DNA of 64,000 nucleotides from contig CAVOVB010000002.1 in assembly GCA_963699755.1 (NCBI GenBank), forward strand, positions 192,001 through 256,000. Reading direction: 5' to 3'. Each line of letters opens with the position of its first letter. Within the stretch, counting starts at the first letter, position 1. Below, piece after piece: positions 26,550 to 38,134 of this stretch. The notes below the pieces were generated by a model. It had not been told where the DNA came from and did no database searches. It was given only the letters and a program-made list of their open reading frames with translations. The translations under genes were made by a program, and so were the position numbers. This DNA comes from an uncultured delta proteobacterium. GTDB lineage: Bacteria; Myxococcota_A; Polyangia; Polyangiales; Houyiibacteriaceae.

Positions 26550-28478
26550 ATGGCCAATTTCTTCAAAGACAACGATGATCTTCAGTACTACTTCGACAAG
26601 GGCATCGACTGGGACTCGCTCGTGCAAATCACCGAGCACGACTTCGCAGGTGCCAACGGCGAGGGTTTCAGCAGCACCGAGGAAGCAGTCGAGTTCTATC
26701 GGGACATCATCGAGATGTTCGGGCAGTTCGCCGCAGAGGAGATCAAGCCCCACGAAAAGGAAATCGACGAAAAAGGAGTCGAATTCGTCGGCGGGGAGGT
26801 TCGGTTCCCCGAACGGCTCGCCGGGATTTTCGAGAAGATCAAAGAGCTCGACCTGCATGGTCTCCCGATCCCGCGTGAGCTTGGCGGGATGAACGCCCCG
26901 ATGATGGTGTACTTCATCAACAGTGAGTTGATGGCGCGAGCCGACGTATCTGCGATGGCGCACCATGGCTTCCACGCCGGCATGGCGATGGCGGCAATCG
27001 TGTTCTCCGCGCTCGAAGGGAGCTCGGACATCGATCCCGTGACCGGCCGGATCAACGAGACTCGCTGGCGGAAGATGGTCGAAGAGATCGCGACCGGCGA
27101 AGCCTGGGGCTGCATGGACATCACCGAGCCCGACGCCGGGTCTGACATGGCTGCGCTGCGCACGGTCGGCGAGCAAGACGGGGAAGGCAACTGGTTTGTA
27201 ACAGGCGAGAAGATCTTCATCACCTCAGGTCACGGCAAGTATCACTTCGTGATCGCGCGCACCGAGGAGCTCGACCCTGACGATCCGATGAGCGGGCTCG
27301 ACGGGCTTTCGATGTTCCTGGTGAAGACCTATGAAGACGGCGCGGAGGGAAATCGGACGCGCATCGTGCAGCTGAGCCGCGTCGAGGAGAAGCTCGGCCA
27401 CCACGGTTCTGCCACCTGCGGGCTCGTCTTCGACAGGGCGCCAGCGGAATTGGTCGGCCAACGGGGCGAGGGTTTCAAGTACATGCTCACCCTGATGAAC
27501 AATGCGAGGCTCGGTGTTGGTTTCGAGTGCCTCGGGCTGAGCGAGTCGGCCTACCGGGCCGCCGTTGAATATGCCTCCGAACGTGCCTCGATGGGCAAAA
27601 CGATCGATCGCCACGAGATGATCGCAGAGTACCTCGAAACCATGCGGACCGAGATTCAGGGCGTCCGCGCGATGGCCGTGACCGCATGTTTCCACGAGGA
27701 AATGGCACAGAAGCTGGGACTCACGCTTCGATACAGCGACCTCGCTGAAGACGAGCAGAAGCGCTTGCAGCAGCTGTTGGAGTCACATCAGAAGCAGGCG
27801 CGTCGCATCACTCCGCTGCTCAAATACTTCGCAGCGGAGAAGGCGGTGGAGCACGCGCGGACTTCTCTCCAGATCCACGGCGGCAATGGCTACATCACCG
27901 AGTACCTTCCCGAGAAGCTCCTTCGCGATGCGCTGGTGATGCCGATTTACGAAGGGACGAGCCAGATTCAAGCTTTGATGGCCATGAAAGACACGCTCGG
28001 CGGGATCATCAAGAGCCCGCAGGAGTTCGTGCGGGCCCTGGCACAGGCTCGCTGGCGTGCGTTGTCGAGCCGCAATCCGCTCGAGCGACGGGTCGCCCAG
28101 CTTCAGACGGTATCACTGAGCGCACAACAACACCTCGTTCTCAGAACCGCGGGCGACAAGGTTCGGGGCCTTCGCGGAAAGCCCATCCGCGCGTGGTCTG
28201 ACGAGCTGACCAAGAACTGGAACCCGAAACGCGATTTCTCGTTTGCGATGCTTCACGCCGAACGGCTGATCCAGATTCTCGGCGATACTGTGATCGCCGA
28301 GCTTCTCCTCGAGCAAGCCGCGAAGCATCCCGAGCGAGCCGAAGTGCTCGAACGGCACCTCGACTTGGCGGAGACGAGAGCACGCTATTTGCTGGATCGG
28401 ATCACGTCGACCGGCCATCGCCTCTTGAAGGAGCTCTCACCGGAATCGGCTCAGACGACGCGCCAAGCCGCGGAGTGA
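26550..28478 (+). CDS. Acyl-CoA dehydrogenase (long form)
   Basis: ITEPDAGSD, GEKIFIT, EEKLGHHGS, QIHGGNGY, PIYEGTSQIQ. Confidence 0.95.
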   Translation: MANFFKDNDDLQYYFDKGIDWDSLVQITEHDFAGANGEGFSSTEEAVEFYRDIIEMFGQFAAEEIKPHEKEIDEKGVEFVGGEVRFPERLAGIFEKIKELDLHGLPIPRELGGMNAPMMVYFINSELMARADVSAMAHHGFHAGMAMAAIVFSALEGSSDIDPVTGRINETRWRKMVEEIATGEAWGCMDITEPDAGSDMAALRTVGEQDGEGNWFVTGEKIFITSGHGKYHFVIARTEELDPDDPMSGLDGLSMFLVKTYEDGAEGNRTRIVQLSRVEEKLGHHGSATCGLVFDRAPAELVGQRGEGFKYMLTLMNNARLGVGFECLGLSESAYRAAVEYASERASMGKTIDRHEMIAEYLETMRTEIQGVRAMAVTACFHEEMAQKLGLTLRYSDLAEDEQKRLQQLLESHQKQARRITPLLKYFAAEKAVEHARTSLQIHGGNGYITEYLPEKLLRDALVMPIYEGTSQIQALMAMKDTLGGIIKSPQEFVRALAQARWRALSSRNPLERRVAQLQTVSLSAQQHLVLRTAGDKVRGLRGKPIRAWSDELTKNWNPKRDFSFAMLHAERLIQILGDTVIAELLLEQAAKHPERAEVLERHLDLAETRARYLLDRITSTGHRLLKELSPESAQTTRQAAE

Positions 28479-29507
28479 ACGCAGCGAGAGCCAATCCTTC
28501 GGGTTGAGGCTCTGATACCAGTCGTTCGCCTCGTACCATTGGTGCGTGAGACGGATGCCTTGTGCGAGGTCGATCTCGGCGGTGAAACCGAAGTCTTGTC
28601 TTGCTGCGTCGCCCACACAGGTCCAGGCCTGCTGAGAGCCTAACCTCGCCTTCTGAAGGTTGAGAATTCGCGGTTTCTTGTCGATCCGTGTCGCGACCTC
28701 GCCTGCAAAAGCCGATACCCACATCACTTGCTCGGGGAGATCCAAGTCCCGGACCGGCCTGCCGACGACCCGGACAATCTCGCCCTGGAACTGCTCCCAG
28801 GTCAGCTCCTCATCGTTCGTCAGGAAGTACCCCTTGCCGACGCTCTGCTCATGACCGGCCGCTTGGAGAATTCCGCGTACGCAATCATCGACGTAGATCC
28901 ACGACATGCGGTGGTCGCGGTTTCCGTAGTACAGATTCCATCCGAGCATTGCGCTCTGAAACAAAGCGAAATGGTCGACGTCGCCGGGCCCGTAGACCGC
29001 GCAAGGGCGCACGATCGTCCATGCCACTTGGTCCGACTCTTCCTCGACGACGCGTTCCGCTTCTAGCTTGCTCGTCCCGTAGTGTTCGATCGGTCGCGGC
29101 GGGTTCTCCTCCCGTTGCGGTGCAGATGTCGCTGATGGGCCGTACGAAGCGGACGACGAAACCAGGACGAAGCGCTTCGCAGCGGGGTGCGCGTCGCGGA
29201 CTGCCTTCAATAGGTTGCGGGTCGGCATGACGTTTCCACGTCGGAAGTCCTCGTAGGATGTCCCTTTCGTCACCCCGGCCACGTGCAAGACGTAATCCGG
29301 CCGTTCTTCGCCGATGACTCGCTCCAAGTCGGCGGCGCGAGCATAGTCTGCCTCCACCGATCGGCCAGCCTTCGAGGGAGGCGACCCCGGTCGGCGAATC
29401 GCTACGACGTCGGAACCGGAGGCAAGAAGCTCGTCGCGCAGCCGGCCGCCGATGAAGCCGCTCGCTCCGGTAATCAGCACCTTTCCATCGAGTTTGGGCA
29501 TCGCCAT
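28437..29507 (-). CDS. NAD-dependent epimerase/dehydratase (3-beta-HSD-like extended SDR)
   Basis: ITGASGFIG, YGTSK, RPCAVYGPGD. Confidence 0.88.
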   Translation of the reverse strand: MAMPKLDGKVLITGASGFIGGRLRDELLASGSDVVAIRRPGSPPSKAGRSVEADYARAADLERVIGEERPDYVLHVAGVTKGTSYEDFRRGNVMPTRNLLKAVRDAHPAAKRFVLVSSSASYGPSATSAPQREENPPRPIEHYGTSKLEAERVVEEESDQVAWTIVRPCAVYGPGDVDHFALFQSAMLGWNLYYGNRDHRMSWIYVDDCVRGILQAAGHEQSVGKGYFLTNDEELTWEQFQGEIVRVVGRPVRDLDLPEQVMWVSAFAGEVATRIDKKPRILNLQKARLGSQQAWTCVGDAARQDFGFTAEIDLAQGIRLTHQWYEANDWYQSLNPKDWLSLRSLRGLARRLSRFR

Positions 29508-29585
29508 CCCGAGGTCCTGCCCCGCGCTGGGCGAATGTGCAAGCCCGGATTGACCCCGAGTAGGAGCTGAGAAACGCTTCTGCCG

Positions 29586-30980
29586 ATGACCAGGCGCTTC
29601 CACACGATTTCTCCAGTTGATGGCAGTATCGTCTTCGAGCGCGCGCTCGATGGGGCCGAAGAGATCGAGCGAACACTGACCGACGCGCGAAAAGCCTTTG
29701 AGGCCTGGAAGGAGCGCAAGCTCGAGGAGCGCTGCACGATGGTTCGGCGTTTCGTCGAGTTCGCGGTCCACGATGCGGACGCCATCGCCCAAGAGCTCAC
29801 GATGCAAATGGGACGGCCGGTGCGCGACGGCGGTGGCGAAGTGGGCGGATGGCTGCTTCGCGGGCGAACGATGATCGACCTCGCAGCCGAGGGTCTGGCT
29901 GAGATCCAGCTCGAGGCTCGGGATGGCTTCACTCGGTTCATTCGGCGGGAACCCCTGGGCGTCGTTCTCATCGTTGCGCCGTGGAACTACCCCTGGCTAA
30001 CGGCAGTCAACGCCCTGGTGCCAGCGCTCGTCGCTGGCAACACGGTTGTCCTCAAGCATTCGGAGCAGACCCCGCTCGTCGCAGAGCGTCTCGCACGCGC
30101 GGCCAAGGAGGCCGGGCTGCCCGCGGGTGTGCTCCAGGTCCTCTATTTGAATCATGCCGGCGTCGCCGACGTCATCGCAGATCCCCGCATCGCGTTCGTC
30201 GCGTTCACGGGCTCGGTCGAAGGCGGCCACGCGGTTCAGAGAGCCGCATCCAATCGCTTCATCGGCGCCTCGCTCGAGCTCGGAGGCAAAGATCCGGCAT
30301 ATGTCTGTAGCGACGCCGATATCGAGCGCTCGGCAGCCAATCTCGTCGACGGTGCGTTCTACAATGCAGGGCAGTCGTGCTGCGGCATCGAGAGAATCTA
30401 CGTACATCACGAAGTGTACAAGCCTTTCCTCGAAGCGTTCGCTGCCGTCGCCAACGAGCTCCTGCTCGGCGATCCGCGCGATTCGGCGACGACGCTTGGC
30501 CCGGTCGTCCGCATCCGGAACGCCAAGGGCATCCAATCCCAAATCGACGAAGCGATCGCGGCTGGCGCGCGCGGCCTGCTCGACCCCAGCCATTTCGAAG
30601 AAGCCAAGCGTGGCCTCCCCTACATGGCGCCGCAAGCGCTAATCGGCGTCGATCACTCGATGCGGATCATGAGGGAAGAAACCTTCGGCCCGGCCGTTGG
30701 CATCATGCGGGTGCGGGATGACGCCGAAGCCATCGCCCTGATGAACGATAGCGACTACGGCCTCACCGCCTCGGTCTGGACGAGTGACCTCGAACATGCG
30801 CAACGGCTCGGCGCCAGCGTCGACACCGGAACCTGGTTCATGAATCGCTGCGACTACCTCGACCCCGAGCTCGCCTGGGTGGGAGTCAAGGACTCTGGTC
30901 GCGGGTGTAGCCTCTCGACACTCGGCTATGCGCAGCTTACTCGGCCCAAGTCGTTCCATCTGCGCCACCGGCCCGGCTAA
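29586..30980 (+). CDS. Aldehyde dehydrogenase
   Basis: PWNYP, FTGS, LELGGKDP, NAGQSC, EETFGP. Confidence 0.95.
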   Translation: MTRRFHTISPVDGSIVFERALDGAEEIERTLTDARKAFEAWKERKLEERCTMVRRFVEFAVHDADAIAQELTMQMGRPVRDGGGEVGGWLLRGRTMIDLAAEGLAEIQLEARDGFTRFIRREPLGVVLIVAPWNYPWLTAVNALVPALVAGNTVVLKHSEQTPLVAERLARAAKEAGLPAGVLQVLYLNHAGVADVIADPRIAFVAFTGSVEGGHAVQRAASNRFIGASLELGGKDPAYVCSDADIERSAANLVDGAFYNAGQSCCGIERIYVHHEVYKPFLEAFAAVANELLLGDPRDSATTLGPVVRIRNAKGIQSQIDEAIAAGARGLLDPSHFEEAKRGLPYMAPQALIGVDHSMRIMREETFGPAVGIMRVRDDAEAIALMNDSDYGLTASVWTSDLEHAQRLGASVDTGTWFMNRCDYLDPELAWVGVKDSGRGCSLSTLGYAQLTRPKSFHLRHRPG

Positions 30981-31018
30981 CCTGGTCATCGCTGTCTGGG
31001 TCGCTATAGTCGGCCGCG

Positions 31019-31762
31019 ATGAAGCCGCCGGTCCTACGCTGCCGCCACGTGAACAAACGCTATCGGAAGTTCACGGCGCTCAAAGACCTGTCGCTCGAGG
31101 TCTATGAAGGCGAAATCTTCGCGCTGCTCGGCCCCAACGGAGCGGGAAAGTCGACTCTGATCCACTGCATCACGGGGCTGGCCAAGCAAACCGGAGGAAG
31201 CATCGAGGTACTCGGTTTCGACACGATGAGAGACTTCCGGACCACTCGCCGCCTGGTTGGCTTGGTGCCGCAGGAGATCGGCTACGACCCGTTCTTCACC
31301 CCACTCGAAAGCCTGATGATTCAAATGGGGCTCATGGGAGTCGAGCCAAATCGGGAGCGGGCCGAGGCTCTCCTCGAGACCTTTGCCCTCAGCGACAAGC
31401 GCGACGCATATACCCGCACCCTCTCTGGCGGTATGAAGCGGCGGCTGCTCGTCGCGAAGTCACTGGTCCACGAGCCTCGGCTGCTCTTCCTCGACGAACC
31501 GACCTCCGGCGTGGATGTCGAGCTTCGCCACGAGCTCTGGCAAGAGGTCCAGGACCTCCGCACAGCCGGCACGACAATCGTGCTGACCACTCACTACATC
31601 GAAGAAGCCGAGAAGCTCGCCGACCGCATTGGCATTCTGCACAATGGCGAGCTCCTACTGGTGGAAAGCCGTGAAAGCCTGTTGGAGCGCCACGGCGGAC
31701 GCTCACTCGAAGACATCTACCTGGAGCTGATCCACAAGGCAGATGGAAGACACGCGGCATGA
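31019..31762 (+). CDS. ABC transporter ATP-binding protein (YadG-like)
   Basis: GPNGAGKST, LSGGMKRR, LDEPT, TTHY. Confidence 0.95.
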   Translation: MKPPVLRCRHVNKRYRKFTALKDLSLEVYEGEIFALLGPNGAGKSTLIHCITGLAKQTGGSIEVLGFDTMRDFRTTRRLVGLVPQEIGYDPFFTPLESLMIQMGLMGVEPNRERAEALLETFALSDKRDAYTRTLSGGMKRRLLVAKSLVHEPRLLFLDEPTSGVDVELRHELWQEVQDLRTAGTTIVLTTHYIEEAEKLADRIGILHNGELLLVESRESLLERHGGRSLEDIYLELIHKADGRHAA

Positions 31763-32520
31763 GCACGATCGCCCTCAAGACGCTCTTCCTGAAAGAGGTT
31801 CGCCGCTTTAGCAAAGTCTGGCTGCAAACGGTGCTCAGCCCGCTCGTCACGACCAGTCTCTATTTCTTGGTGTTTGGCGTTGCGCTGGGCTCTCGTCTCC
31901 GCGAGATCTCGGGCGTGCCCTACATCCAGTTCGTCGTTCCCGGACTGGTCATGATGACGATGATTCGAGACTCCTTCCTGAACACTTCGTCGAGTCTCTT
32001 TCAGTCGAAGATCAATGGAACGATCAGCGATATCCTGATCGCGCCGATCGGGGCGCTCGAGATGCTTCTCGCCTACGTGGGGGCAGCGATGATTCGAGCC
32101 ATCATCGTGGGCTTGCTCGTGTATCTCGTCGCCCTCTCCTTCACCTGGTTCCCCGTGCACCACGTTGCTTGGACGCTCTTCTTCACCCTCTTCGTGACGG
32201 CGACGCTCGCGCTCCTCGGCATGATCGCCGCGCTCTGGGCGCAGAAGTTTGATCACCTCGCGATCTTTCCGAACTTCGTGCTCCTACCCTTGGCCTTCCT
32301 CGGAGGCGTCTTCTATTCGATCGATCTCCTCCCCGAACCCTGGAACACCGTCAGCCGTCTCAACCCACTGCTGTACATGGTCAACGGCCTTCGATATGGC
32401 TTCCTCGGCGTGGCGGACGTTTCGCCCGTCACGAGCGCCGGAGTCGTGCTGCTTTCGTTCCTGGTGGCCCTCTGTGCTGCAGGCGCGCTTCTGCGCAGTG
32501 GCTACAACCTACGCAGTTAG
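31759..32520 (+). CDS. ABC-2 type permease (YadH-like)
   Basis: KEVRRF, YIQFVVPGL, FLGGVFYS, NPLLYMVNGLRYGF. Confidence 0.93.
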   Translation: MSTIALKTLFLKEVRRFSKVWLQTVLSPLVTTSLYFLVFGVALGSRLREISGVPYIQFVVPGLVMMTMIRDSFLNTSSSLFQSKINGTISDILIAPIGALEMLLAYVGAAMIRAIIVGLLVYLVALSFTWFPVHHVAWTLFFTLFVTATLALLGMIAALWAQKFDHLAIFPNFVLLPLAFLGGVFYSIDLLPEPWNTVSRLNPLLYMVNGLRYGFLGVADVSPVTSAGVVLLSFLVALCAAGALLRSGYNLRS

Positions 32521-32539
32521 TCATCATGGGCAGGCAGGC

Positions 32540-34138
32540 ATGAGCAGGAGCACCTATTTCGCCAATCCCGAAGCGCGCGCCTTTCTTCAACGGCGCGTCG
32601 CGATGTTCGGCCTCATCGGTGCCATCCTCGGCGCCACGGCCTTGGCCTTTCGTCTGCTCTTGGGCGTCCTGTTCGGAGTGTTGGAGGAACAGGTCACGAA
32701 CCCCGGGTTCCTGATCCACGCCGCTGGTATCCTACCCCTCTTGGTGGTTTGGCTGATCTGCCGTCGCGGCAACCTCTCGGTCAGCATGATTCACGGCGTC
32801 GAGAACACCGGCATCTTCCTCACCAGCGTTTGCTACATCGGCATGGGCATGGACATTCGACCCGAGGTCGGGGCCGACACGATCACCGCCTTCATTCTGG
32901 CGCTCGTGATGTTTGCTCGCAGCGTATTCGTACCGAGCTCCGCCCGGCGAACCACGATCCTCGGCATCCTCATCGGAATTCCGCTCGTAGCGGCGATGTA
33001 CTACCACTACCTGAGCATCAACCTCGACATTTGGCGGGTGTTTGGGTACCCGGCACAGTCCGCCCAGCGCGTCGCGTCCGCGCAATCGGTGATCACGGTC
33101 ATGTGGTGGACACTCACCATCGGCCTCGCAGCCCTTGCTTCCCGCGTGATTCACCGATTGCGTAAAGAGGTGAGCGACATCCAAAGCCTCGGTCAATACA
33201 ATCTCCGCCGCAAGCTCGGAGAGGGCGCGATGGGCGTCGTCTATGAAGCGCAGCACGGTATGCTGAAACGGCCGACCGCCATCAAGCTGCTGCGGCCCGA
33301 GCTTGCCGACCCAGACGCCCTCGACCGCTTTCGTCGGGAGGTGCAGCTGACCGCAAAGCTCACCCACCCGAACACGGTCACCATCTACGACTACGGCCGG
33401 ACCCCCGATGGGCTCTTCTACTACGCAATGGAGCTGCTAGATGGGGCCACTCTCACGCAGGTGGTCAAAGCCGGAGGCCCGCAGCCAGTCGAGCGGGTCG
33501 TGCGCATTCTTCGCCACGCCGCACTCGCGCTCAACGAGGCGCACCAAGTTGGATTGATTCATCGTGATATCAAACCGAGCAACATCATGCTCGCGCATCA
33601 GGGCGGCGAGCCGGACGTGACCAAAGTACTCGATTTCGGCCTCGTGAAAAATCTCGGCAATGTCGATGACCTCGAGAAGACCAACACCATGTCGATCAAG
33701 GGGACCCCGCACTACCTGAGCCCCGAGGCGATCCAGGACCCACAGGGGATCGACGCTCGTACCGATCTCTATGCCCTGGGCGCGGTCGGCTACTACCTGC
33801 TCACTGGCCGCCACGTCTTCGAGGGCAAGACGATCATGGAAGTCTGCCTGCACCACATGCACACGAAGCCCACGCCGCTATCGGAAGCCTCACCGCTCGA
33901 GATCCCCACGGGGCTCGAGACCCTGATCATGGCTTGTCTCGAAAAAGACCAGGCGAACCGACCGGCCTCCGGCAAAGACCTGGCCGACGCCCTCGATCGC
34001 CTCGAAGTCCCACGCTGGACCCGCGCGCACGCCGAAGCCTGGTGGGATGCATTCGGCGAACGAATCGAACACCGCACCGAGCCGCTCACCGCAAGCCCCA
34101 CCGAGCAAACCGTCGCCGTAGACCTAGACGAACGCTGA
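32540..34138 (+). CDS. Membrane-anchored Hanks-type Ser/Thr protein kinase
   Basis: N-terminal TM helices, then GEGAMGVVY, AIK, HRDIKPSN, DFG, GTPHYLSPE. Confidence 0.93.
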   Translation: MSRSTYFANPEARAFLQRRVAMFGLIGAILGATALAFRLLLGVLFGVLEEQVTNPGFLIHAAGILPLLVVWLICRRGNLSVSMIHGVENTGIFLTSVCYIGMGMDIRPEVGADTITAFILALVMFARSVFVPSSARRTTILGILIGIPLVAAMYYHYLSINLDIWRVFGYPAQSAQRVASAQSVITVMWWTLTIGLAALASRVIHRLRKEVSDIQSLGQYNLRRKLGEGAMGVVYEAQHGMLKRPTAIKLLRPELADPDALDRFRREVQLTAKLTHPNTVTIYDYGRTPDGLFYYAMELLDGATLTQVVKAGGPQPVERVVRILRHAALALNEAHQVGLIHRDIKPSNIMLAHQGGEPDVTKVLDFGLVKNLGNVDDLEKTNTMSIKGTPHYLSPEAIQDPQGIDARTDLYALGAVGYYLLTGRHVFEGKTIMEVCLHHMHTKPTPLSEASPLEIPTGLETLIMACLEKDQANRPASGKDLADALDRLEVPRWTRAHAEAWWDAFGERIEHRTEPLTASPTEQTVAVDLDER

Positions 34139-34313
34139 AAGGCACTCTCTCCAGCCCCTCGACCACCTGAAAGGCACAGGCTTCCGCGGCAAGGATCGCA
34201 GCGACGGTCACCCTCGTTGGGCGAAGATCCAGAGAACAGAATCGGAGCCACTGCGATCCCTCTCTGAGAAGGTGCGTGATTCCGTCGGGTTGTAGGACTA
34301 GAGACTGTCCCTC

Positions 34314-34342
34314 TTGACCGTGAGAGGGGTTGGCAGCACAAT
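34314..34342 (+). promoter_or_regulatory. Sigma70-type promoter of the ilv-leu operon
   Basis: TTGACC (34314-19), 17-nt spacer, CACAAT (34337-42). Confidence 0.65.
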
Positions 34343-34351
34343 GGCGGAACG

Positions 34352-34471
34352 ATGGTTCGGTACCCGATGCATGCGACTGACTCCACCGGCCCGCTTCGCG
34401 CGGACTTGCTTGGCGGCGTCGTCGTTGTAGTCGGCCTCATTATCAGCCTCCTGCTAGTTACGCAGGCATAG
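34352..34471 (+). CDS. ilv-leu operon leader (attenuator) peptide
   Basis: MVRYPMHATDSTGPLRADLLGGVVVVVGLIISLLLVTQA*. Val/Leu/Ile run uses AT-ending codons. Alternative ATG at 34367. Confidence 0.85.
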   Translation: MVRYPMHATDSTGPLRADLLGGVVVVVGLIISLLLVTQA

Positions 34472-34515
34472 GCGGGGACCAGAACCAACCCACAGACCAA
34501 CCCACTCCGTTTCTG

Positions 34516-34546
34516 GCCCTCGCATCGAGCATGCGGGGGCTTTTTT
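34516..34546 (+). terminator. Attenuator intrinsic terminator
   Basis: GCCCTCGCAT-cgagc-ATGCGGGGGC-TTTTTT. The left arm can alternatively pair with 34472-34484. Confidence 0.88.
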
Positions 34547-34634
34547 GTTGCCCTAGACCCATGAACACACACTCACAGCGTAAAACTACACAAAACCGCC
34601 AGGCGGCAGGCGCGCGGCGATTCGCCTCGCAGGC

Positions 34635-34669
34635 AGGCGCCCGGTCGGCGAGCGACCCGGCGCCTTTTT
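34635..34669 (+). terminator. Second terminator-like hairpin upstream of ilvB
   Basis: AGGCGCC-C-GGTCG-gcgag-CGACC-C-GGCGCCT-TTTT. Confidence 0.5.
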
Positions 34670-34727
34670 CGTGGATTGCCCACCGCTTGAAGGACGCCTC
34701 AAATCAACTAGTTGGAGCCAGCCAGCA

Positions 34728-36514
34728 ATGAAGGAGACCCTCGTGACACCCGCCAATCCCAAGCTGAAGAATCGCATCGGCGAAACGCTTTCCGGATCCC
34801 AAATCATCTGGGAAGCGCTCGTGCGCGAGGGGGTCGAGGTCTGCTTCGGGTATCCGGGCGGCGCGATCATGCCGGCGTATGACGCGATGGTCGAGTACCC
34901 GATCCATCACGTGCTCACTCGCCACGAGCAAGGGGCTTCGCATATGGCCGACGGCTACGCCCGTGCTTCGGGCAAAGTCGGCTGTTGCATCGCGACTTCC
35001 GGCCCAGGCGCGACCAACCTGGTGACCGGCATCGCGACAGCCATGCTCGACTCGATTCCGATGGTCTGCATCACCGGTCAGGTTCCGTCGCATCTCATCG
35101 GCAGCGACGCATTCCAAGAAACGGACATCACCGGCTGCACCATCCCGATCACAAAGCACAACTACCTGGTGACGAGGCCGGAGCAGATCGCTCCGACGAT
35201 TCGCGAAGCGTTCTACATCGCCCGCTCCGGCCGACCCGGGCCGGTCCTCGTCGACATTACCAAGGATGCCCAGCAGCAAAGCTGTGTATTCGAGTGGAGC
35301 GATGGAGAGATCGTGCTCCCCGGTTATCGCCCCGACTATGCGCCACTCGCGGATCAGATCGAGGATGCGGTCGAGCTCATCAGGACCGCCAAGCGGCCAA
35401 TCATCTTCGCCGGACACGGCGTCATGAAGGCAGAGGCTACCGAGGCGCTGGAGAATTTCGTCGAAAAGACCAACATTCCGGTGGCATGCACCCTGCTTGG
35501 CCTCGGCGGATTCCCTGCCACCCATCCCCGGAACCTCGGCATGATGGGGATGCACGGAGAGACCTGGGTCAACAAGGCGATTCAGGACGCGGACTTAATC
35601 ATCGCCGTCGGCATGCGCTTTGACGACCGCGTGACGGGCAATCTCAAGACCTACGCTCCGACCGCCAAGAAGATCCACATCGAGCTCGATCCGGCGGAGA
35701 TTAGCAAGAACGTCCACGCCGATGTCCCGATTGTCGGCGACGCTCGGGAGGTCCTCGAAGAGCTGATGCCGCACGTCGGCGACTGCGACCGCGCCGATTG
35801 GTTGGCCTACATCGACGAGATCAAAGGCGACTCTGCGGTCAGGGACATCAAGAACCTGCCCGATTTGGGCAAGCTCTATGCTGCCCACGTCATCCACGAC
35901 CTCTACCGCTTCACGGAGGGCAAGGCGCTCGTCGTCACCGACGTCGGCCAGCACCAAATGTGGGAAGCCCAGTACTACAAACACGATTACCCACGAAAGC
36001 TGCTCACCTCGGGAGGGCTTGGCACGATGGGCTTTGCGCTCCCTGCCGCCATCGGTGCGAAATTCGCCGAGCCCGGTGAGTCCGTCTGGGTCATCTGCGG
36101 CGACGGCGGCTTCCAGATGACACAGGCCGAGCTCTCGACCTGTGCCCAGGAGGGTATCAAGGTCAACGTCGCCATCATCAACAACGGCTTCCTCGGCATG
36201 GTGCGCCAGTGGCAGGAGTTCTTCTACGGCGGACGTTATGTGGCAACGCCGATGCTCAGCCCCGACTTCGTCAAGATCGCCGAGGCCCATGGCTTGACCG
36301 GCATCCGCGTCGAAAAGCGGTCCGAAGTGGAAGCGGCGGTTCGGAAGGCCGAAGCGACCAAGGGCACGGTGGTCATCGATTTCCGTGTCGAGCAGGAGGA
36401 CTCTGTATATCCGATGGTACCGGCTGGTGCGACTCTCGGCGACATGATCCAGCGGCCGAGCAAGCCCGGCACCCATGAACACAACCCGATCTTCGAGACA
36501 GGAGAGGACGAATA

Positions 36515-36515
<1 letters not shown>
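34728..36515 (+). CDS. ilvB: Acetolactate synthase large subunit
   Basis: FGYPGGA, RHEQGA, TSGPGATN, DVGQHQMW, GDGGFQM. Start is ATG 34728 or GTG 34743 (AAGGAG SD). Confidence 0.97.
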
Positions 36516-38096
<1,581 letters not shown>

Positions 38097-38134
38097 TTTG
38101 GGCGTCGCTCGTAGCGACGTAGGGAGAATGAATC

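Noticed and set aside
34142..34180. Glycine riboswitch-like words (TTTCAGGT, CTGGAGAG) on the minus strand
   Set aside because: The remaining conserved elements are missing, and no glycine-related gene lies downstream.
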